Positions 21,149 through 29,612 of a DNA stretch of 64,000 nucleotides are shown here, in pieces. Source of the DNA: Actinomycetes bacterium (lineage in GTDB: Bacteria; Actinomycetota; Acidimicrobiia; Acidimicrobiales; Ilumatobacteraceae). The position numbers were made by a program, and so were the translations under genes. The notes under the pieces were generated by a model that did no database searches, was not told where the DNA came from, and saw only the letters and a list, made by a program, of their open reading frames with translations. The stretch covers positions 54,815-118,814 of the forward strand of contig JANYKS010000008.1 in the NCBI GenBank assembly GCA_025358125.1. The letters run 5' to 3'. Position 1 is the first letter of the stretch; each line of letters starts with the position of its first letter.

Positions 21149-21170
21149 AGCGGCACCTCTGTGCCGCTCA
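21149..21170 (+). terminator. perfect 9-bp stem / 4-nt loop hairpin without U-tract (possible I-shaped terminator of a small RNA)
   Basis: gagcggcac ctct gtgccgctc, 18 nt after the second hairpin copy. Its function is not established. Confidence 0.3.
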
Positions 21171-21277
21171 GAGTGGTCCTAAAATCTCTCACTGTGGCCG
21201 TTGTGTTCGGTCGACCACTGCGATACTGTCCGCTCGGGGAGCCCGGAAATTGGGCTCGGCGAGCGGAAGCGGGCGGA

Positions 21278-23116
21278 ATGAAACACTCATCGAATGGCAC
21301 GAATTTGCCGCAGGCTGGATCCGGTCCGGCGCGCGGCCGAGGTTCGGCAACGGCGCGAATGCACCGTTGCATGGTGCTGATATTGGTGTCGTTGGGTTGT
21401 CTGGCCCTGATGCCCGGCACGGCTCTCGCAGGTGTCGGTGCGCAATCGACGCCCACCTTCCCCGCGCTGGTGAGCGTGGGGACAGCGGGCGTGACTGCGT
21501 CGATCCAGGTGGCTAACTTCAATTCAGCGGCCGAAGCCGGTGCGACCAACACGGTGTGTAACTTCGGGGACGCCTCACCGTGCCCGGCTGGCGACCCCGG
21601 CATCACGTTGATCCCCTCATGTGGTCTTTTGGGCAGCTTCTCATCATGCGCTATGGCCGGCCAGGATCCCGGCGTGTTCCAAATCTCGACGACGGCTGCG
21701 GGCGCTCCTGGAACCTCGTGTGCCGGCATGGTCTTCAACATCACAGTGATCGACCCCGCGTTCGGGAAAGTGCGGTTCACGCCAACCGGCGGCGTACACG
21801 TCATATTGCCGGGTGTCGGCTCGGTGTGCAGAATCAACTTCACATTCGACGTGCTGAAGGTTCCGACCATCGATCAGGATCCAGCAACGCCGGGCATTCA
21901 AACCGTTCAGATCGTCGACGCAACCCAAATATCTGGCGGCATTAGCGCGTCGGCACGCGGGACTTCCAGCGGTACGACAGTTCAGGCGGCACCGACGATC
22001 GCGACCCGGGCGTCCGGCAACATCACTCTCGGCGGTGGCCAGGTCACGGATACGGCCACGGTCTCGGGGCGGGTGAACCCGGTTGCTGGTGCGACGGTCG
22101 CATTCAACCTGTTCGGGCCCGGCGATGCGACGTGCTCCGGTACGCCGATCTTCACCTCGACGGTAGCGATCGACCTCGGCGGTACGGCGACCTCTGGTGG
22201 GTTCACGCCGCCGGCAGCCGGGACGTACAGATGGCGGGCGAGCTATGGCGGCGACGCCAACAACGCCCCGGTCGCAGGAGCTTGCAACGATGCCAACGAG
22301 TCGGTGGTCGTGAACCCGACCAATCCGACGATTGCGACAGTGGCTTCGGCGAACATCGGCACCGGTGGTCAGATCAGCGACGTTGCGACGGTGTCGGGCC
22401 GGGTGAATCCTGTTGCCGGCGCGACGGTGGCCTTCAACCTGTACGCCCCCGGCGACCCTGCGTGCGCTGGTCCCGCAGTCTTCACGTCTACGGTGGCCAT
22501 CAATCCCGATGGCACGGCGACATCGGCTGCATTCACCCCGACCGCCGCCGGGACCTACAGGTGGATCGCGAGCTACAGCGGTGACGTCAACAACAACAAG
22601 GTCAGCGGCGCGTGCAACGACGCCAACGAGACCGTGACCGTCAACCCCGCCAATCCGACGATCTCGACGTCGGCTTCCGGGTCGGCGGAGCTGGGCGGCC
22701 CGGTCACCGATACCGCCATCGTCACAGGACGAGTCAACCCGATTGCCGGAGCGACGGTCACCTTCTTGCTGTTCGGACCCAACGACGTGGCATGTTCGGG
22801 AGGGGCAGTCTTCACGTCGACAGTGACGATCACCGATGGCGGAACCGCGACCTCTGCGCCGTTCATTCCCGCCACCGCTGGCACCTATCGATGGACGGCG
22901 AGCTACAGCGGCGATGCGAACAATGCTTCTGTCAGCGCGGCGTGCAACGATGCCGACGAGGCGGTGTTCGTGAGTCTTCCCGAGCCGACCGTGACGTTGC
23001 CGGCGACCGGCTCTGCGAGCGGGGCCCCGACTCTCATGGCCCCATTGCTGATCGTGGTGGGCACCTCGATGCTGCTGCTCGTCCGGCGCCGCCAGCGAGA
23101 CACCTCCACCAACTGA
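21278..23116 (+). CDS. LPXTG-anchored cell-surface protein with three tandem ~110-aa Ig-like repeats
   Basis: Signal peptide MHRCMVLILVSLGCLALMPGTALAG. C-terminal sorting signal is LPATG, then a hydrophobic stretch, then RRRQRD. An alternative start at ATG 21359 is possible. Confidence 0.8.
   Translation: MKHSSNGTNLPQAGSGPARGRGSATARMHRCMVLILVSLGCLALMPGTALAGVGAQSTPTFPALVSVGTAGVTASIQVANFNSAAEAGATNTVCNFGDASPCPAGDPGITLIPSCGLLGSFSSCAMAGQDPGVFQISTTAAGAPGTSCAGMVFNITVIDPAFGKVRFTPTGGVHVILPGVGSVCRINFTFDVLKVPTIDQDPATPGIQTVQIVDATQISGGISASARGTSSGTTVQAAPTIATRASGNITLGGGQVTDTATVSGRVNPVAGATVAFNLFGPGDATCSGTPIFTSTVAIDLGGTATSGGFTPPAAGTYRWRASYGGDANNAPVAGACNDANESVVVNPTNPTIATVASANIGTGGQISDVATVSGRVNPVAGATVAFNLYAPGDPACAGPAVFTSTVAINPDGTATSAAFTPTAAGTYRWIASYSGDVNNNKVSGACNDANETVTVNPANPTISTSASGSAELGGPVTDTAIVTGRVNPIAGATVTFLLFGPNDVACSGGAVFTSTVTITDGGTATSAPFIPATAGTYRWTASYSGDANNASVSAACNDADEAVFVSLPEPTVTLPATGSASGAPTLMAPLLIVVGTSMLLLVRRRQRDTSTN
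21992..22981 (+). repeat. 3 x 330-bp tandem coding repeats
   Basis: Unit boundaries are marked by (a/c)ccgacgat(c/t) at about 21992, 22325 and 22655, and by gagccgacc at 22981. The protein units share TVSGRVNPVAGATVAFNLxxPGDxxCxGxxxFTSTVAIxxxGTATSxxFTPxAAGTYRWxASYxGDxNN...ACNDA. Confidence 0.85.
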
Positions 23117-23245
23117 CGGGCTGCGATTCGGTCGGCGGCCGACATTGCCCTGTATCAAGTTTGACGGATCCTTGCTGGTCGCAGACCTGGCAGGGTGCAA
23201 TACTGAGCCGCATCCCAACCTCGGGTTGACAAGGAGAAATCACAA

Positions 23246-23452
23246 ATGGCAGACATCGGCAAGTTTGTTGACAAGGCCTACGAAGGTCAGGATTTCGCTG
23301 CCCTCGTGAAAGCACCTGTTGCGTCGTTGCAGGGCGTATCCGACAAGATGGCAGAGGCGCTCAAAGAGGCGCTCGGGGTCCAGACGGTCGGCGACCTCGC
23401 TCGCAACAAATACGTCCTGTGGGCGCAGGCGATCGAGGCGCTCTCGCACTGA
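23246..23452 (+). CDS. small (68 aa) helix-hairpin-helix-like protein
   Basis: Strong SD AAGGAG 9 nt before ATG 23246 and clean codon usage. LQGVSDKMAEALKEALGVQTVGDLA is HhH-like. A strong hairpin follows the gene. Confidence 0.65.
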   Translation: MADIGKFVDKAYEGQDFAALVKAPVASLQGVSDKMAEALKEALGVQTVGDLARNKYVLWAQAIEALSH

Positions 23453-23460
23453 TCGACGTG

Positions 23461-23492
23461 ATCAGCATGCGCGGGCGACCGCGCATGCTGAT
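23461..23492. terminator. bidirectional intrinsic terminator between convergent genes
   Basis: Perfect 13-bp stem atcagcatgcgcg / cgcgcatgctgat with loop ggcgac, followed by tt on the + strand. It lies between the stops at 23452 (+) and 23503 (-). Confidence 0.6.
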
Positions 23493-23502
23493 TTCGCAGT
23501 GC

Positions 23503-24624
23503 TCAGCTCGCTGGAAGAGCAAGTGTGTTGCCTGGCCTCGGCAGCTCGATGAACGTCCGCCCGGGATGGAGCTTCACGACGCTGCCGTCGTCGGCAGTGA
23601 GGGCGAACGGGTCGTGGAGACCGTTGCGGGTCCATTTGGCGTGGATGTAGTTGCCGCCTGTGAAGACGAATGCCTCTCCGGTTCCGATCGTCTGTGCGTC
23701 GGGGCTGTCGGAGATGCCGGGCAGGTACTCCATGTTCAAGACGACGACGTTGTTCGTGGTGACTTGGCCGCTGGAGGCGTCGTTGTGGACCCTGCCCTCC
23801 ATCATCCGCCGGTACAGACCCGCTTGAGCATCCCAGTCCCACCGCACGTTGATGCTGTCGAGAGTGACGGCGACCCCGGGGCTCGCCACGCCGGCGGCAG
23901 GCGCGTCGGGGGAGCGATAGCTAAACTGCTGCGGCGGCGGTCCTGCGTAGACCGGCGTGTTGGTCCACAGCGTGTCGGTGCTCGAGTAGAGGTTGTGCGG
24001 AACGCCGCGATCGCGGGCGCGGAAGTAGACGTTGGAACGGCTCGGCCCGATGTCGATCAGTTCGCTCGCGCGGATGGCTGCCGTAACCGTTGCGTTGCCG
24101 CCACTCCATGCGAACAGGGGACGGTTGAGTGCCGAGAACAGGTTGATGTCCTGGATCCGCCCGGAACGGATCGGACCGACCGGGTTCGAGCCTTGGCTCT
24201 GGAAGACCATCGCGAACCGGGTGAGGTTGGCGTTGACGATCTCCTCGAACACGAGGTCTGCTTCGTTGAAACCGTTCTGGGGCCGGGCGCCGGGAGCATT
24301 GTCGATCTTCACGACCAACGCCACCTGACCGGCCAGCGCGGGATCGGCGATCTCCACGCCGGTCAGCGGGTAGACGGGAGGGCCCGGTACCGTCGTGGTG
24401 GTCGCCGGCACGGTCGTGGTGGTCACGGGGACCGTGGTCGGGGCAACAGTCGTCGGGGCAACAGTCGTCGGGGACGCTTGCGTCGTCACGGTCGCCTTGA
24501 CGGATGCTGACGTCTCGGTGGCCTTCTTCGCGTCGCTGCTACACGCGACCAGACCGGTGGCGAATGCAACGGCGACGGTGATCGACAGCAACGAACGACT
24601 TGACTTGGAACGATGTGGGTACAT
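23503..24624 (-). CDS. DUF3048-family lipoprotein
   Basis: Lipobox in ATGLVACSS, then a Thr/Pro-rich linker. PLTG...VVKIDNAPGARPQNGFNEADLVFEE...TRFAMVF is typical of DUF3048 (YerB-like) proteins. Confidence 0.75.
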   Translation of the reverse strand: MYPHRSKSSRSLLSITVAVAFATGLVACSSDAKKATETSASVKATVTTQASPTTVAPTTVAPTTVPVTTTTVPATTTTVPGPPVYPLTGVEIADPALAGQVALVVKIDNAPGARPQNGFNEADLVFEEIVNANLTRFAMVFQSQGSNPVGPIRSGRIQDINLFSALNRPLFAWSGGNATVTAAIRASELIDIGPSRSNVYFRARDRGVPHNLYSSTDTLWTNTPVYAGPPPQQFSYRSPDAPAAGVASPGVAVTLDSINVRWDWDAQAGLYRRMMEGRVHNDASSGQVTTNNVVVLNMEYLPGISDSPDAQTIGTGEAFVFTGGNYIHAKWTRNGLHDPFALTADDGSVVKLHPGRTFIELPRPGNTLALPAS

Positions 24625-24779
24625 GGTGGAAAACGCGTCCTCTAACGGAAAGTTGACAAAGCCCGCTCCCCCATTCTGCCGAGCGCGGCGCCTCTGCGTA
24701 CGTCACCTCCAAAACATGTCGGTCGCTCCCGCGCTCGCAGACCGAGCCGCGCCGCCGTCGCTGCTGCGCTCGATCAGCG

Positions 24780-25334
24780 CTAGGTCTCGTCGAGCCGGAG
24801 GTGATCGGGGAAGTCGTAGATCGCTGCCGGGATGTTGTTGCGGGCGAGGGAGTGGTACGTGCGATGGCCGAACCACCACCGCCCATCGACTCGCGAATAC
24901 CGATCGTGATACACACCGTAGATCTGCGACCAGTGCCCGGTCGGCGTCTGGCGCAGTTCGGTCATGTACATCCGACCAGCAGCCGCATCGACATCACCAC
25001 GACTGCGCAGCTGCACCCGCGTGCCGAGTATCACGAACTGGAAGAACTCGAACTGCGACACCGATCTGGCAATGAACTCGCCGATTTCGTCCGGCCCGGT
25101 GAGCCGGATGGTCTGCTCGCGCAGGTCCAGCTCGAGCACCATGTCGGCGAGGAAAAGGTCGGCGAGCTCGGGCCACTGGCGCCGCGAGACGGCATCGGCG
25201 TAGGCGTCGTGGAGCCGTCTGATCTCGCTGTGATCGACTGTGTCGGCCAGCCGCTGGTCGTCGATGGCCACGGTGGGAATCAGCCGTTGCGCTCGGGCGC
25301 GATCGCGATCACCGGGCTGATGCGCCTCGCGCAA
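24780..25334 (-). CDS. SnoaL-like / NTF2-fold protein
   Basis: EIRRLHDAYADAVSRRQWPELADLF...GVYHDRYSRVDGRWWF pattern. Start uncertain: TTG 25334 or GTG 25271. Confidence 0.6.
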   Translation of the reverse strand: MREAHQPGDRDRARAQRLIPTVAIDDQRLADTVDHSEIRRLHDAYADAVSRRQWPELADLFLADMVLELDLREQTIRLTGPDEIGEFIARSVSQFEFFQFVILGTRVQLRSRGDVDAAAGRMYMTELRQTPTGHWSQIYGVYHDRYSRVDGRWWFGHRTYHSLARNNIPAAIYDFPDHLRLDET

Positions 25335-25406
25335 TCGGCATCGATCTTGGCGTTGCAGTCGTTCATGTCGGGCATCGCGCCCCCTTTCACTCGTCGAGGG
25401 CTGAGG

Positions 25407-26264
25407 TTACGTCGTGTACGCGGTGTTGCCGGGGCTGGACTTCGCGACGCGCCCGCGCGCCGGTGTCGGCGCGGCGAGCACATCGTCCCAATCGACCATC
25501 GACTCCTCGTGCAGCGTCTTGAAGCCTCCGCGTAGACCGAACAGGTGCTTGCTGTAGACGAGCCACACGATCAGCGCGACGTTGACGATCAGCGCCGCGA
25601 TCCGAACAGCGGTGACCCGTTTGATCAGTTCGTGGACCTCCAGCGGGAGGAAGCCGGCGGTGGCAACCACGGTCAGGTATTCGGCCCAGCGCTTCTCTTT
25701 CCAGAGCCCGATGGCCTCGGTCCATTCGACCACGGCGTACACGAGTGCAAGCGCCAGCAACACCTTGACCGTGTCGGTGCGGAGATCGAAGATGTGCTGG
25801 GTCTGGCGGGCGAGCCAGCCCCGACTGGCCTGCTGGCCGGTATCGGCCAATTGGCTGGACAGTTTCTGGTTGAGGCTCTGGGCCCATGAGTGGATCTGGG
25901 TGAAGTTCGATTCGAGCAGGACCAGCACGACAGCAAGGGTGGTGAAGACAAGTGCATGCGCACCCTTGTTGACGGCAATCAGCTTCATCACCACGGCCTC
26001 GCGTAACGGCTTGCCTCTTCGTGGCTTGGGCAGTTCGCTCGTCGGGGGCAGCGTGGACCATCGCGCGGTGGCCGAGTCCGGGATCGGATGTTCGATCCAG
26101 GTGTCGCACCGCAGGCAGCGGGCCAGCCGGCGCCCGTCGGCCAGCGAAGCGCCGAGCGCAGCGTCGTCAGGGCCGATGGTGGCGGCGTCGGCAGCGGGCG
26201 TCGCGTGGCCGCGCATCGAGCAGATCCAGGTTTCGAGGTGCCAGTGCTTGGGCCACAGACGCAT
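25407..26264 (-). CDS. DUF2127-like integral membrane protein
   Basis: ATG 26264 is preceded by GAGGGGG. Several hydrophobic helices and a C-terminal AGFLPLEVHELIKR...IVNVALIVWLVY pattern recall DUF2127. Confidence 0.6.
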   Translation of the reverse strand: MRLWPKHWHLETWICSMRGHATPAADAATIGPDDAALGASLADGRRLARCLRCDTWIEHPIPDSATARWSTLPPTSELPKPRRGKPLREAVVMKLIAVNKGAHALVFTTLAVVLVLLESNFTQIHSWAQSLNQKLSSQLADTGQQASRGWLARQTQHIFDLRTDTVKVLLALALVYAVVEWTEAIGLWKEKRWAEYLTVVATAGFLPLEVHELIKRVTAVRIAALIVNVALIVWLVYSKHLFGLRGGFKTLHEESMVDWDDVLAAPTPARGRVAKSSPGNTAYTT

Positions 26265-26275
26265 TGTTCACCCCC

Positions 26276-26680
26276 TCATTGCACGATGCTCGCGAACCCG
26301 ACCCCGACGGCGAGTATTGCTACGAGCACTCCGACGAGACTGAGGACCCATGCCCACATCGGCCACGGCGGCCGGACGTGGGTGCCGCTCGGTGGCCGGC
26401 CGACGAGGGGAGCAAGCGCGGCGACCCATGCGTCGGCTCGCTCGTTGCCCTTACCGAACGCGAACCGCAGCCGTCTGTCGTTGTGCCAGACGTGAATGCC
26501 CGTCACTGCCCTGGCCACGGAGTGCAGTTCGGCGACAGGTGAGTCGAGCAACACCTCGTCCGGTGACACGGTGAAACGGAGGCGGTCATCCGCCAAGCGC
26601 AGTTCGCCCGATTTGATGAATATCGCGACCGGAACCCTGGCCACCAGATCGGCGGGCGAGGCAACGATGCTGGGGTCCAT
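26276..26680 (-). CDS. small PH-like domain protein with C-terminal transmembrane helix
   Basis: ATG 26680 (MDPSIVASPADL...). C-terminal WAWVLSLVGVLVAILAVGVGF. The stop lies 11 nt before the DUF2127 start, so the two genes probably form an operon. Confidence 0.45.
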   Translation of the reverse strand: MDPSIVASPADLVARVPVAIFIKSGELRLADDRLRFTVSPDEVLLDSPVAELHSVARAVTGIHVWHNDRRLRFAFGKGNERADAWVAALAPLVGRPPSGTHVRPPWPMWAWVLSLVGVLVAILAVGVGFASIVQ

Positions 26681-26876
26681 CGCCCGCACACTACCGCCGC
26701 CCGGGACAGAGCCTCCGCGGGTGCTCGGCGGCGAGCCACCCCGTGCGCCGCGTGGCGTTTCTGGACGAGGATCAACGACCGTTGTACCGCTTGAATCTTG
26801 CCAGACCGTGCTTTGGACGTCTGCCGATCGCGCCGTGCAATGGCGCTGCGCAGCCGATCGGCGTAGCGTGCTGCCC

Positions 26877-27344
26877 ATGTCAAACTCGAAAGACGTGGAA
26901 AAAGTCGAACGATTCATCCCAGCGCCTGCCTCGGCGATCTTCGACCTCCTTGCCGATCCGGCCAGGCACCAAGACATCGACGGTTCCGGGACGGTGCGCG
27001 CCGCCAAGACCGGATCCGAGCGGCTCAAGCTCGGATCGAAATTCGGAATGAAGATGAAGATGGGTTTCGGTTATTCGATGGAGAGCACTGTGATCGAGTT
27101 CGTCGAGGACCGACGGATCGCGTGGCAAACGCGTCCACCGAACAAGATCGCGGCGATCCTCGCCGGCGGCCGCATCTGGCGCTACGAACTCGAGCCGGTC
27201 GAGGGCGGCACCACGCTCAGCGAGAGCTGGGACATCTCCCAGGAGCAGATGAAGTGGCTGGTACGCCCGGCGCGCAAGAAGACCCATGAAGCGATGGCGA
27301 AAACACTTGCCCGCATCCAGGAACTGACGACCAGCCCGGCGTAG
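26877..27344 (+). CDS. SRPBCC (START/polyketide cyclase-dehydrase-like) family protein
   Basis: 155 aa from ATG 26877. VERFIPAPASAIFDLLADPARH...WRYELEPVEGGTTLSESWD is typical of the SRPBCC family. Confidence 0.75.
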   Translation: MSNSKDVEKVERFIPAPASAIFDLLADPARHQDIDGSGTVRAAKTGSERLKLGSKFGMKMKMGFGYSMESTVIEFVEDRRIAWQTRPPNKIAAILAGGRIWRYELEPVEGGTTLSESWDISQEQMKWLVRPARKKTHEAMAKTLARIQELTTSPA

Positions 27345-27396
27345 CCGTTGCCTGACAGCTGTCGCGGGTCCGGGGTGATGACGGACCGCAGAGCCG

Positions 27397-28899
27397 GTGT
27401 GGGATCTGCCCTCGGTGTTCTCGGTCCACAGTTCTGATTCAGGAATCGCCCAGTCCTGTCGATACTGGTGTGTGACACCTGTCCCGGCACGAGAACTCGA
27501 CCGGGAAATCGACGCGCGTGCCATGCTCGACGGTCTCCCCGACCTGGTCATGGTTCTCGGCGCTGATGGACGGCTGCTCTCGACGAACGCGACGGCGACA
27601 CGGTTGCTCGGCTGGCCGCGCGATGAATGGATCGGGCGTTCGGTTTTCGACATCGTGCATCCGGACGACGTTGCAGTGGCGATGTCGTCGATCGTCTCGA
27701 TGCAGGACAAAGAAATCGGCACGCCGGTCGAAGTACGGGTCTGCGACGTGGATGGCGGTTGGCACTGGATGGAGGTCATCGGTACCAATCACCTCCTCGA
27801 CGACGGGGCCTGCGGGCTGCTGTGCACGGCACGCGACATCACCCGACGACGAATGTGGGAAGTCGCTCAGGGAGACGTAGCCCGGGTCCAGCAGGTGTTG
27901 CACTATGCGCCGTCGATCACGATGCTGCTCGATGCCGACGGCGTCGTCACGAGCGTCAACGCTGCGTTCACTCGCCTACTCGGCCACGATCCGTCCGTCG
28001 TGGTCGGTTCGCCCCTCGCGGCTTTCGTCGACGAACAGTCATTGCCCCAGCTGCGCGACGCACTGCAGAGCGTGCGCACCCCTGATCGAACGTCATCTGC
28101 GGAGTTGTCGATGCGCACTGCTCACGGCCCGACGCGCCCGATCCGGTTCGACCTCGTCGATCAGCTCGCCGATCCGGTCGTCGACGGCATCATCTGCTCC
28201 GGGTACGACATCGCCGAGCTCCAACACATGCGCCACGAGCTGGAGTTCATCGCCGGGCACGACGCTTTGACCGGCCTCGCCAACCGCAGCCTCCTGCTGC
28301 AGGGCCTGGCGGGCCTGCTCGCCAACCACTCGTCCGTGGCAGTGCTGTTCATCGATCTCGATCGGTTCAAGACGATCAACGACCTCTATGGCCACGAAAC
28401 GGGTGACGCGGTCCTTCGTCAGGTCGCCGAGCGGTTGCGCGGACTGGTCCGGGCCGGTGATGTCGTTGCACGCGTGGGCGGTGACGAGTTCGTGGCGCTG
28501 GCCGCGAACGTGGGTGAATGGCAGACGGCGCGCGATCTTGCCGATCGGATCGAGTCCGTTCTCGGCAAGCCCTATCTGCTCGATGTCGGACCGGTGAAGA
28601 TCGGTGCCAGTGTGGGTGTCGCACTGTCGGATGCGACAGCTACGGTGGCCGGGTTGCTGTCGGCAGCCGACGCGCAGATGTACGACGCGAAGAGCGAGCG
28701 CGAGGGGTGGTGCGCCAGACAACGGTCTTGCAACCAGGAACATCCGGTGACCGGCGCCGGATGGCGATCGAACTCGCCGCCGGTCTCGGGCGGGGCGAGG
28801 TCGTTGCCTACCTGCAGCCGGTGGTCGACCTGTGCACGGGGAGCGTTGTCGGGATGGAAGCCCTCGCCCGTTGGAACCATCCTCGGCGAGGGTTGTTGA
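27397..28899 (+). CDS. PAS-PAS-GGDEF diguanylate cyclase (3' tail out of frame with the following EAL domain)
   Basis: Two PAS-like segments. GGDEF domain has an intact RVGGDEF active site and an RAGD I-site 5 residues upstream. The last ~65 codons have no domain character and overlap the EAL reading frame. Confidence 0.7.
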   Translation: MWDLPSVFSVHSSDSGIAQSCRYWCVTPVPARELDREIDARAMLDGLPDLVMVLGADGRLLSTNATATRLLGWPRDEWIGRSVFDIVHPDDVAVAMSSIVSMQDKEIGTPVEVRVCDVDGGWHWMEVIGTNHLLDDGACGLLCTARDITRRRMWEVAQGDVARVQQVLHYAPSITMLLDADGVVTSVNAAFTRLLGHDPSVVVGSPLAAFVDEQSLPQLRDALQSVRTPDRTSSAELSMRTAHGPTRPIRFDLVDQLADPVVDGIICSGYDIAELQHMRHELEFIAGHDALTGLANRSLLLQGLAGLLANHSSVAVLFIDLDRFKTINDLYGHETGDAVLRQVAERLRGLVRAGDVVARVGGDEFVALAANVGEWQTARDLADRIESVLGKPYLLDVGPVKIGASVGVALSDATATVAGLLSAADAQMYDAKSEREGWCARQRSCNQEHPVTGAGWRSNSPPVSGGARSLPTCSRWSTCARGALSGWKPSPVGTILGEGC

Positions 28900-29558
28900 C
28901 ACCGTCGTCGTTCATCGACCTCGTCGACGACGCCGGTCTCGACATGGCCCTCGGCGACGCCATGTTGAATTCCGCGTGCAGTGCTCTCAGCGGCGTCCGC
29001 TCCCGCGGGTTCGACCTCGAACTCGGCGTCAATCTCTCACTCGGACAGCTCACGACGGCCGGGTTGTGCGGTCACATCGCGGACATCGTCGGCCTGTACG
29101 CGATGGACATGTCGAAGGTGGTCGTCGAGATCACCGAACGGGCCACGCTGGCGTGTCACGTCCCTCGTGGTTGCCCGACACCGGAGGAGACGCTGGACGA
29201 GCTGCACCGGGCCGGGGCTTGCCTGAGCCTCAACGGTTTCGGCGCGGGGCATTCGTCACTGACTCACGTCCGCCGCTTTCCTCTGTCGTCGCTCAACATC
29301 GACCGATCATTCGTCGTGGCGATGGAGCGCGGGGCCGAGGATCGTGCTGTGGTCGAAGTCGTGATCGGGCTCGCCAGGGCGCTCGGGCTGGGCGTCGTGG
29401 CCGAGGGCGTCGAAACTCCGGCGCAGTTGGAGATGCTGCGCCGACTCGGCTGTGGGCGGGCCCAAGGCCCCTACCTCGGTCGGCCGGTTGAGCCGTCGGC
29501 GGTGGCCGACTGGCTGCTGGATCGCCGGGGACTCGGCCGTCGCAACCCGGTTCATTGA
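28761..29558 (+). CDS. EAL domain protein (degenerate), probably the detached C-terminus of the upstream GGDEF gene
   Basis: YLQPVVDLCTGSVVGMEALARW, VVVEITE and AEGVETPAQ are present. DDFG is replaced by NGFG, and the Lys of K(L/I)DRSF by Asn (NIDRSF). The frame is open from 28518. Confidence 0.6.
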   Translation: MAIELAAGLGRGEVVAYLQPVVDLCTGSVVGMEALARWNHPRRGLLTPSSFIDLVDDAGLDMALGDAMLNSACSALSGVRSRGFDLELGVNLSLGQLTTAGLCGHIADIVGLYAMDMSKVVVEITERATLACHVPRGCPTPEETLDELHRAGACLSLNGFGAGHSSLTHVRRFPLSSLNIDRSFVVAMERGAEDRAVVEVVIGLARALGLGVVAEGVETPAQLEMLRRLGCGRAQGPYLGRPVEPSAVADWLLDRRGLGRRNPVH

Positions 29559-29612
29559 AGCGCGGCGGTGCGCCCGGTGACGCCGTCCCGGTGCGCCGAC
29601 GACTCTGCAGCT

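Noticed and set aside
21644-23218. 524-aa minus-strand ORF
   Set aside because: It is antisense to the LPXTG repeat protein, and its internal repetitiveness only mirrors the sense-strand repeats. It has no signal sequence or motifs of its own.
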